Below, in pieces: positions 39,364-51,296 of a DNA stretch of 64,000 bases. How positions within the stretch are numbered: the stretch's first letter is position 1; each line of letters starts with the position of its first letter. Below the pieces are notes generated by a model that saw only the letters and a program-made list of their open reading frames with translations, did not search any database and had not been told where the DNA came from. The DNA is from Eledone cirrhosa (taxonomy: Eukaryota), in assembly GCA_964016885.1 (NCBI GenBank), contig OZ024747.1, positions 47,740,001-47,804,000 of the forward strand. Direction: 5' to 3'. Position numbers and translations under genes: made by a program.

Positions 39364-42300
39364 GAGAGAGAGAGAAATGTCTTCCTAGACACCGAATGAA
39401 ATATATGATATATGTGCTTTTTTCAAGGGTGGAAACCAACTAGCCCAGGTATTTCAACTCTTTCTTTGTTAAAATGTTGGAGTTCTAGGATTTCTTTTAT
39501 TGCTATCAGCTTTATTTGTTCTATATGGATTGCACTTGCCTATGAACATATCACTGGGATTTGCTCCGAAACGAGTTCTCTACACACGTTATCATTATCA
39601 TTGAGCAGTTCTATAGGAGGCAAGATTGAAATAATTGTGTTGGCTTCTGTGCCTTTATCAATCTAAACTCCCCATTATATATATATATATATACAGAAAT
39701 TAAATGTTAGAGAAAACAATACCAAATTCTTGAACAAATATATTTAATGGTTGACAATTGTTTCGGGAACCATATCAGTATTCTGCACATACAGATGATA
39801 ATTATCGATTATAAAATCGATAATAGTAAGTGATAATAAAAAGAAAAGTTTTATATGGTCATCTCATCAGAGCCGAAAAGAAAAAAAAAAATAAGCATAA
39901 AAATTCAACAATACATGTCACTGAAAATAGAGACTAAAAAAATGTAAAACTTGAAGAATACCTGTCCACATAGAGATGTAAATAAGATAATAATACATTA
40001 TAAATCGTAAGAGTTTAACCGTTAAAATAAAAAATGGAGAAAATATGAAACCGGGCAGAGGTATAACAAGCAGCATAACTATGGAGGAAGGGAGATAAAT
40101 AAATAGAAAAATATAGAAAATTAAAGAATTTTTTTAATATTTAAAAGAAGGAAAAAGGGAGTTAATAATAATAATAAAATCAAAATTAATGATTTAAAAG
40201 AAGGGGTATATAAAAAATATAGTCAAAGAGTGTATAAAAGCGGGAGAAAGGCCAAAGTAGCAATAGTTAACACTAAAAAAGAGATAATATAGGGGGATGA
40301 TATAGGAAGTGTATTATAAATAATTGTAAAAATGAGTGAGTTAAATGGAGGAATATAAATAGGTGTAATGATTTGCACTAAGGCTGAAAGGGATAGGGCA
40401 ATTGGGATACTAATTATACCCATGGAGCTGTCAGTAGCTTTAAAATGGCCTGTGCAGTCCTGGCGACGTGCACTTGTATCCAGCTATCGAAAAAATAGAC
40501 CATTCATTGATTTGCTCCAGAGTTCAAGCCCCTGCCGTAGCTGATTTTCCTGAAACTCGCACCTCCCTCTGAGATCAACGACAGATCAGTCTTCAACCTG
40601 GACTCATCTAAGCAGACTGTTCTCGATAGAGCAGAAGGTAGATCAAAACCTCTCCTAAAATGTAAACATCCCACTTGCTTTAGTACATTCAACGTCAATA
40701 CCCTTGGTCCTCTTGGAAGACTTGATGAGCTAGTAATGAGCACTAAACCCAATGCTATTGACATCATCAGTCTTCAAGAGCATAGACATTTCCATCTTGA
40801 TGTAGATCTAAAGTTTACAAAATCTGACAATTTCCAGCTTGTCCAATAACGCCACCATTGGTGGAGTTGGTATGCTTCTCTCAAGGGCACGTGAGAACCT
40901 CATCAACATTGAAAAGATAGACGATAGAATAATGGTTGCCGAGTTCAATTCAAATCCAAAATTCACATTTATATCTTGCTATAGCTCAACAAATAGTAGT
41001 GATGAAGAAACTGCTGCCAGTTTCTATCAGTCTCTGAGATCGGTCATTGAAAACGTCCCAGCCCATAATTACCTTACTATTGCAGGCGACTTCAATGCGA
41101 AACTAGGCCCTGACAATGTAAAATTCACCTTCAACACCAAAGCAAACTGAAATGGTGAAATGCTTCTCCAACTCCTTGACGAATTTGAACTCTTCTCGTC
41201 TACAAATAGCTTCATGAAAAAGCAATCCAAGCTCTGGTCATTCATCTACCCTAACGGTAATAGAGCTCAATTGGATTGTATCCTATTTCGGAAAAAATGG
41301 TGAAACAGTGTACGCGACTCTGAAACCTATTCCTCCTTCTCCAATGTGGTATCTAATCACAGGATTGTCTCTTCCAAAGTTACTCTTAGCCTTCGCATTC
41401 CTAAGAAAGTTCCCGCTGAGCCTATGAAACAAATTAACTGGAGGTTGGTGTCATCAAAAAAGGAGCTCTTCAGCCAGTATACAATTAGTGTCTACAATAG
41501 GTTCTCTGAACTATCCTGTACTGATGATTGCATTGAGACAAAATACTCCAACCTAATTGTTGCAAATGAGGAAGTTGCTCTTTCCAGCTTATCCAAAAAG
41601 ACCAAAAGGAAGCTCATGAAATTGAGCTCACATATCTTAGTATCCTCAGCACGCAAAAAACTGCAAAGTCTTTTTTCTCAGTACAACTCAAATTCAACTA
41701 GTTTATTGAAAAGTGAAATGACCCAATGCAAAAAAGACCTTGATGAGGCGGACACAACTGCTCTTGCAGAGTATGTAGAAGGAAAAATAAACAAACTTAA
41801 GGCCTTTCATATAAACAAACAACACACAGCTGCATGGGCTTTAATCAATAAAATTACTGGCAGAAAAGAAAAACCTTCACCCATCATCAAAGGAGTCTCT
41901 CAAGAAGCTAGGAAAAAGAGCTGGACTGACCACTTCAAGGGTCTACTAGGCGAACCATCTCCTGTAGAAGGCGATCCCCCAAAGTCTGTGGTATCATCTG
42001 AACTCGACATCTCCACTGGACTTTTCACCTTGAGTGAGATCTGCCAGGTGATCAAAACACTTAAAAACAAAAAATCACCTGGTCTCGACAACATACCCAG
42101 TATAATTTGGAAAGACCCAAACCTTACTTCAGTCCTATTATCAATCTGCAATGACACCTTAAGCAACAAAATTCCTCCAACAAGTTAGCTAAAAGCAGAC
42201 ATAGTTCCTGTCCCCAAAAAAGGCGATCTCTCATCCCACCAAAACTACCAAGGAATATCACTTATGCCCATTGCTGCCAAGTAACAATTCAATCAATCTT

Positions 42301-43605
42301 GCTATATGGAAGTGACACATAGACACTTTCATCCAAACAACAAAAGCACCTTGATGGCACTTACACTCGTCTGCTTCAACACATTCAGAACATAAGCTGG
42401 CAACATCTGACTTTGAGAGAGATATATGCCAGCCTCCCACGCATATCTGTCGTTGTACGTAAAAGGAAAGTAAGATTTGGTGGCCACTGCCATCATGCCA
42501 CCTATGAGGCTGTGTCCCCATTAGTGCTTTGGAAACCACAAGCAGTCACTAATAACAGGAGGCGCAAGCTCTCCTACCCCAATGTCATCTCCAGAGATTC
42601 TGGTATTGAAATCCAGGACTTGGCAACGGCAATGAACGTGGAGATCAATTGTTGAATCCATTTCGGCTGAGGCCGCCAGATGATGATGATACCAGTAAAA
42701 AAAATATAAAGGGAAATAAAACAACATAGAAAGAGATTAAAATTTAAATGATTAAAAAGGAGGGCTTTATAAAGAACATGATGAAAGAGTATTAAATTAA
42801 TCAGAAAAAGGGGAAGAAGGGCATGGATAAAGGACGTTAAATCTAAAGAGAAAAAAATAAAATAAAATAGAAAGGGTACAAATAGGAAATGCATTACTAC
42901 TAAATAATTAAACATAAGAGTGGGTTATATTAAAGGTGAAAAGACGGGATAGTTAAAGAAGGAAATAGAGGAATCACCTATTAACTAAGAAAAGGAGTAT
43001 AGAGGATAAAGAATCTGGGTTATAAATTAAAATAATATAATTGTTTCTACTTTTGGCACAAGGCCAGCAAATATACCCAGTGTATTACTGGTACTTTATT
43101 TTATCAACCCCGTAAGGATGAAAGGCAAAGTTAACCTCGGCGGGATTTGAACTCAATCCGTAAAGGGACGTAACTGTGGTGCACAGCATGGCGTCCGACC
43201 CTCTACCGATACTGCCAATCCAAATATAATAAGTGGGAGTAAAGAAAAAAATAATATTAATATAACATGGGTAAAAATAAAATATCAACAAAGAAATAAA
43301 TAGGATATAAATTAATTAGGAAGAAAATTTGAACTAGTTAAAATGTGAACGTAAGGTAAGTGGAGTGGTGGATTAAAAAGGAATAGTAAAAAAAAAAGGA
43401 AAGGAAAATAGTCAATTTAACTAATGGAATCTAAGTGGGATCAAAAACCCTTTTTTGCTTGACATTATTTCTCTGGTTTACTCACATTGTTCGTTGTCTT
43501 GCATCTAATACGCATTGAGCACACTGTCCCCCCCTCACTACTGGCATATAATTCTCATAACTAATCACTTATCTCTCCTCTTCGATTAGTTTGTATGCAT
43601 AATTT

Positions 43606-43646
<41 letters not shown>

Positions 43647-46600
43647 GAGACACGACAAAAAGCACCCAGCCCACATTGTAAGGTGATCGTATAGGCGTCA
43701 CAACAAAAAGCACCCAGCCCACATTATAAGGTGATCGTATAGGCGTCACAACAAAAAGCACCCAGCCCACACAGTAAAGTGGTCATGTAGGTGCCACGAC
43801 TAAAAAGCTCCCAGCCCACACTGTAAAGTGGTTGTGTAGGTGTCACAACAAAAAGCACCCAGCACACACTGAAAATGTGGTTGGTGTTAGGAAGGGCATC
43901 AAGTTGCAGAAACTATGCCAAAATCAATTCTGTATGAGCAAGACATGGTCATCTGACCCACCTTGCCACATATAGGACAACCCATCCAACCCATAGAAAA
44001 TGGACGTTAAACAGTGATGATGATGATATATATATATATCATCATCATCACCGATGATGAGCACCGTCACTATTTTATGCAATATTTTCCATGTTGGTAT
44101 GGATTGGAGAGGTTGTCATGTTCCAGGATTACACAGAACAGATAACCACATCTTACTCATGTGTTCTATTTTGGCATAGTTTCTATGTAGGAGCTGTAAC
44201 AATGTACAGGGTAAATTTTATTGACCAGCACTACCACTTTATAGAAAAGGAGCCAATAGAATTGGACCATAGAAACGTTAGAAATGTTTCCTTTAGTCTT
44301 TCCATTGTTGATACTATCTGCTGGTCACAGAAGGAGCACTGTGAAATAAAGTAGTTTGTTCAAGAACACAACACTCCACCTGATCCAGAAAGGAATAAAC
44401 CACACCACCTTATAATCGCAAGACCAACTCTCTAACTAGTAAGCCATGTGTCTTCACACCACAGAGGAGACTGAGGTTAGCTGGACATGCTCACCGACAT
44501 TCAGAGTTGACACTGCACTTAGTGGTCCTGTGAGAGCCCCTACACAGACACACTGGAAGAGGGAGGCCGAGTATGACATATATTGATGCCCTAAGGACAG
44601 ACCCTGGTCTCTGGGATACGCAAGACATGGTGGCGATGATGAAGGACAGAGACCTCTGGAGAGAACTCGTACATGGATCTCAAGAATTTTACCCACCCTA
44701 AATATATGTGTGTGTGTGTATGTGTGTGTAAGTATGCATACGTACACACACACACATATATATATACATATGTGCACATGGCTTATATCAATCATTAATA
44801 ATAATATTCGATTCGTTTGCAAGCAAACGTCCCGATAAAGCTGTGCTGTGCCGATGACCAATCATCATCCATTTGTTCAACACTGGCATTGAGGAACAAT
44901 CAACATGTTTCTGGGTCATTACCTTCATCAGGACTGTTTACGTCTCTGCCAATCTGTTGAACAGTTGAAAATATAAAGTATTTTCTGAAGTATACATCGG
45001 CTGAGTAGCCTCATTTGCATACTGAGTAAGTTACAGCTGGCCTTGCCGAAAACTAAAATTAAAATTAGAATTTTATTTCTTGCTCTAGCACAGCGGATAC
45101 ATAAGTGTAAGTATGTATGTATGTGTGTGTGTGCATTTAATTATGTCCCATTATTTAGAAGTTTGACAAAAAGTCATCAATAGATTAAGTACATCATCAT
45201 CACCATCACAGTTTAACGTCCATTTTCCATGCTTGCATGGGTCAGACGGGTCATCTGCGTTGAGAGACAAGTCTGGCCAGAATTGGCCATGCCGTACCTT
45301 GCTCCGCCAGGACTGTAAATTTGACTGGGATTTTTACAGCTGGATGCCCTCCGTAACACCAACCACATTTACAGTCTGTGCCCTAGTATAGCAACAGTCC
45401 AATGACTGAAATCAGTAAAAGAATAAACAATGTTACTTACAGGCATCTGTTCTTTCATTGTATCATGGCATAAACGTTTCACAGCCTAGACAACAGAAAT
45501 AATATTAACTTTAGTAGATAGACACAAAACAAAACCTTTTATGGAAACAATATAAATGCATTAAAATTTAGTTTCTATAACCACTTACTTTACAGTGAAC
45601 AATCCAGAATATTGACCTCATAGCATCAGTTACCCAGTGTGGTAACTGATGGTGTCACTTTTCTTCTATGGATCCCTTCCTGTACCAGATCATATAGATT
45701 ACACAGTAATGTTGTGTGTCCATATCATGGTCACTATATCATTGTCACTTTTCTTCTATGGATCCCTTCCTGTACCAGATCATATAGATTACACAGTAAT
45801 GTTTTGTGTCCATATCATGGTCACTATATCATTGTCACTTTTCTTCTATGGATCCCTTCCTGTACCAGATCATATAGATTACACAGTAATGTTTTGTGTC
45901 CATATCATGGTCACTATATCATTGTCACTTTTCTTCGATGGATCCCTTCCTGTACCAGATCATATAGATTACACAGTAATGTTTTGTGTCCATATCATGG
46001 TCACTATATCATTGTCACTTTTCTTCGATGGATCCCTTCCTGTACCAGATCATATAGATTACACAGTAATGTTTTGTGTCCATATCATGGTCACTATATC
46101 ATAGAGTGACTGACAACTGTCAAACCTATGTTTAGATAAATCATCTATTCACAATGATACCAATAGAATCACTTCTCCTGTATATATCAGTTACATTAAG
46201 TGTTTCCTAGAGTGGGTTCTACAAAAGAATTTCTTGACTACTGTGAGATGAGGTATTTTTAAAATAAAATTTAATAAAAATTTATTTTTATTTATATGAA
46301 TAAATTGTCTCTCTAAAATAATTTGTTCCATTCTTATTATAATTATTTCAGTCTTATTATAATTACAGCATTGAGGACTGACCATGGAATATAGGTATGG
46401 TTTCTACAATATTTAGAAAATTATATAAGGATTTCGCAATAAAATAAATTTGAGAACAACTGCTGAAAGACATTTATGCCCAGCTACTTTCTCAACAGAC
46501 TTCTAATCAACACACTCTCCTTAAGTTAACATTGTACTTCAGATAGCAACAACTGTGATCCCTACTATTTAACCCTTTCATTACCACATTTCTAATGAAA

Positions 46601-49600
46601 TGCACACTATTTCAATTAATTAATGAAGAATTTTGATGGATTTACTAAAACTATTAGTTATTTTATTACTAATATAGTAACTTAACATATGGTTCTTATT
46701 TAGATTTATTTTTAAAGATTTAGATTTAAATAGGAACCCTTTAATCATTGGAATGTCAACTAAAATGTCTCACTGTATTTAGTTATGACAACTTTGTCTT
46801 TCATCCTTTGTGTGCATGTGTGTGAGTGTAAGGGAGTTGATAAATAAACTACCAGTCGAGTACTGGGGTTGATTTAGATAAACCCCTATTCATGACTGTG
46901 AATCAATGTTAAAAATCAACTTTAATTTAACCCCCACCCCTACAAGAGGTACTAAGTTAAAACTTCCACTATTTAACCTCTCCACTACATGAGGTACTCA
47001 GTTAAACCCCCACCATTTAACCCCTCCCCTTACTTCAAGAGATAGTTAAAACCCCCACTGTTTATTCCCCCTTCCAACATGAGGTGTTCATGGTTAAAAG
47101 CTATACTCTTTATCCTACATGAAGTACTCACAGTTAAAATCTCCACCATTTATTCTCCACCTCCCCCATGAGATACACATGGTTAAAATTTTGTCAGAAA
47201 CTACATATCAAATTGCAAAAACTTACCCGTCTGTCCATTAACATCTCTTCCTTCTTCATTGCATCAAAATCTTTGGGTCGATTCACATTTTCTGTAAATG
47301 GAAAAAAGAAGCAAAATCAAAGATATTGGGAGACAGAAAAAAGGGAAAATATATATTATAACTCTTAATGGGCTGTATCATATTATACTATATTAGAAAG
47401 ACATTCTTGAAAAGAATAAAACAACACTATGACTGCATCACATTAAAAATTAAATTCTGAAAATTTTCCCAACAATCTCTCCACTAATAAAGATACTATA
47501 AACATTTGAATTATCAAAACCTCTTTTCAGATAGTTTCTGCTAAATTGTGACAGAATATTAAGAGATAAAAGACAAAAATCTTCACTCGATATTACAACA
47601 CCTCTGTTTCACTATCATCATTCTTACTATCATGTTTACATCTGTTTTCCATGGATTGGACTATATATCAATGTTGGCATTGTCTTTTATGCACCCAGTA
47701 TATTCTGTAAAGTGGTGTTAAGAAGGACATCCATAGAAACCATGTCAGAAATCGGACATATGGAACAAGACATAGTTCCCCCAACCTGTCTAGGAAGACA
47801 GTAACTCAACATAAGTACTGACTTAAGTTTGTCACAACTTGCTCAACCCATGCCAACATGGAATCATCATCATAATGGTGGCGGCGGTGGCGACGACAAC
47901 TACAACGATTTTCCATGCTTACATGGGTTGGCTGAGATATTTTTGAGGCAGTATTATACAGCTGGATGCCCTTTCTAATGTCAATTCTTACTTATTTTTA
48001 TAAGTATGGTAATCATCATCATTTTACATCCGCTTTTTCCCTGCTTGCAAGGGTGGGACGGGAACTGATACTGGCTTGATTTCTACAGCTGGATGCCCTT
48101 CCTAACACCAACCTCATTTACAGTGAGTGCTGGGTGCTTTTTTTGCCGTGGCACCTCCACGACCACTTTGCAGTGGAATGATATGGACCCCAGTCCCTAT
48201 CATCTCATTTCTACAGCTGAGTAAACTGGAGCAATGTGAAATAAAGTGTCTTGCTCAAGGAAACAACACATCACCCGGTCTGAGAATTGAACTCACAACC
48301 TTTCGATTGCAAGGCCAATGCTCTAACCACTAAGCCATGTGCCTTCATGGTAATGGTTCCACTAATCTTCAGCTGTCAGACAACTCGGCTGTAGGACATA
48401 AACAAGCTGCACCAGTTGTTTAATTGGTGTCAGCATGAAGACATGCACAGAGATAATGCACACACGCATACACATTTACGTATATGTATCATCATCATCA
48501 TTTAAGATGTATTTTCCATGCTTGCATGGCTTACATAGGTTGTCACGTTCTGAGGCTAGACTGGTCAGGTGACCATATCTTAATCATACATTGTTTTGGG
48601 CTTGGTTTCTATGACTGGATGCTCTTCCTAATGCCTATATATGCGATGACCAAAAACGTGAGGTGTTCAGGATTGCTAGGCAATGCGTCAAGGAAAACCG
48701 TGATATTGTCGGGGAGAAGTGTGTACTTAACGATGATGGCATACTTGCCATCACCGACACTGATAAGAAGGCAGCTTGGAAGTGTCACTATGAAAGGCTA
48801 CTAAATGAGGAGAATAAATGGGAGAAAGACAGTCTCCCCCATGTCGACCCAATAGAGGGACCAGCAGTGTTAGTCGAGGGGAGTATAATAAGTAAGGCAA
48901 TCAAGGATATGAAGACAGGTAAGGCGGCTGGGCCTTCGGAAATAGTTGCTGAGATGCTGAAGGCATCTGGCACGGTGGGACACACCATGGTCACCCGCAT
49001 AGTTAACCAAGTCGTACAGAATGGGGCTGTTCCGAAGGACTGGCATAGCAGCATCATCGTTAACTGTTATAAGGGTAAAGGAGACGCCCTAGATAGGAGT
49101 AACTATAGAGGCATTAAATTAATCGACCAGGTCATGAAGGTCACAGAAAAAGTAATAGCGCAACTAATCAGAGAGAGAATTGACCTAGATGAAATGCAGT
49201 TCGGGTTTGTGTCAGGCAAAAGTACCACAGACGCTCTTTTCATAGTACGACAACTACAGGAGAAGTACCTAGCTAAAGGTAAACCCCTCTACTTAGCTTT
49301 TGTCGACTTGGAGAAAGCCTTCGACAGAGTCCCCCGCTCCATTATCTGGTGGGCTCTTAGAAAACTAGGCGTTGACGAATGGCTTGTGAGGGCTATACAA
49401 GCCATGTATAAAGAAACAGTCAGCAAGGTTAGAATTAACAACGAATATAGTGAAGAGTTTAGCGTAAAAGTTGGCGTCCATCAGGGCTCTGTTCTCAGCC
49501 CCCTACTATTTATTATTGCCCTTCAGGCTATAACAGAGGAGTTCAAGACAGGCTGCCCATGGGAACTCCTATACGCAGACGACCTGACACTCATAGCGGA

Positions 49601-51253
49601 ATCAATGGCCGAGCTAGAGAAGAAATTCCAAACATGGAAGCACGGCCTAGAGTCAAAAGGACTTAAAATTAACCTGGCTAAGACCAAAGTTCTAGTTTGT
49701 AGGAAAGAAAACAAGGCGGCGGTCCCTTCTGGGAAATGGTCGTGCTCGGTGTGTAGGAAAGGCGTAGGTAGAAACTCCATTTTGTGTCCTAAATGCAAAG
49801 TATGGGTGCATAAAAGATGTAGTGGGATCACAGGTAAGCTAACTAAGAACATAGATTTTACATGTGGCCGGTGTTCTGGTGCAATAAGTAGCAGCAAGTG
49901 CCCACACAATACTAGCTCTTTCAATTGCGCAGAGGGTTCTATAGAAATAGTGGACAGCTTCCGTTACCTGGGCGATAAAATCAGCAGTGGGGGAGGGTGC
50001 TCTGAAAGTACTGTAGCTAGAGTCAGAACTGGTTGGAAAAAGTTCAGAGAGCTTATACCACTATTAGCTGCTAAAGGGTTCTCCCTAAAAATGAAAGGCA
50101 GGTTGTACGATGCCTGCATACGAACAGCAATGTTGCATGGCAGTGAGACCTGGGCATTGTGTGCAGAGGATATACGCAGACTAGAGAGGAACGAAGCTTG
50201 CATGCTCCGCTGGATGTGTAACAGTAATATACGTGAACGGCAAAGCATAAACGAACTAAGGAAAAAATTAGAGATAAGAGGGATCAGATGTTGTTTACTC
50301 GAGAGAAGGCTACGTTGGTATGGACACGTGATGCGCATGAAAGTCGATAGCTGTATAACAAAGTGCAGGGCAATAAAGATAGACGGTAGCCACGGAATAG
50401 GCAGACCTAGAAAAACCTGGGACGAGCTGATAAACTCCGACCTCACACACTTACACCTCTCCAAGACAATGTCACTGGACCGAGACCTTTGGCGGTACTC
50501 AGTAACAGAGAAGACCCGCCTTGCCAGTAGGCATCTCTAACAAAATACACCCCGTCCCACCACCACCACCCCCACCCCATCCACACCACCCCGTCCTATG
50601 TAAAGTTATGTTGGTGCCGCGCCATCGAGGCCGAAACAAATGAGATCGTGTAGGTGTCACGACAAAAAAACACACAGTCCACGCTGTAATGTGGCCGTGT
50701 AGGCAACACGGTAAAAACCTCCCAGACCCACACTGTAAATGTGGTTGGTGTTAGGAAGGGCATCCAACTGTAGAAAACCTGCCAGACAGTCCTATGCGAG
50801 CAAGACAATCACTCTTGCCTCAAGTGGGACTACCCCCGTCCAAACCCATGCAAGCGTGGAACACGGACGTTAAACGTTGATGATGATGATGATGATATAT
50901 ATATATAAGCATTAGGAAGAATTTTCTTATATCAAAGTTTAATGGGCTTCCACTGATGATTTATAAGTGCCCACCTAAATATATTCTTACATGAATATAT
51001 ATTAGGCTTCTACATAAACTGGAAATATTCTCCCAATTTGTAGAAAACTTATAATGAAACAATTGTTTGGAAAGAGAGATGTATTTTAACTTTAATTATA
51101 TCTCATAAAATAATACAACTGGCTTTTCCACATAATACATATTGTTAGCACCCCAAACACTTAAATTGGGTTTATGTTAAGATATAACCTAATGTTTGTT
51201 GAGTGAGATGGTTACCAGTCAGAGTTTAGCTTTAAACTATCTCTGTTATTGTA

Positions 51254-51296
<43 letters not shown>

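Noticed and set aside
45639-46109. Repeat proteins from ORFs 45639 and 45649; CRISPR-like appearance
   Set aside because: Pure head-to-tail 90-bp repeat with no unique spacers, in a eukaryotic intron; open frames are a by-product of unit length.
48270-48346. tRNA gene at SINE heads (also about 7430-7502, 14450-14518, 16970-17042)
   Set aside because: A and B boxes are present but there is no complete acceptor stem, and each continues into a SINE body and tail.
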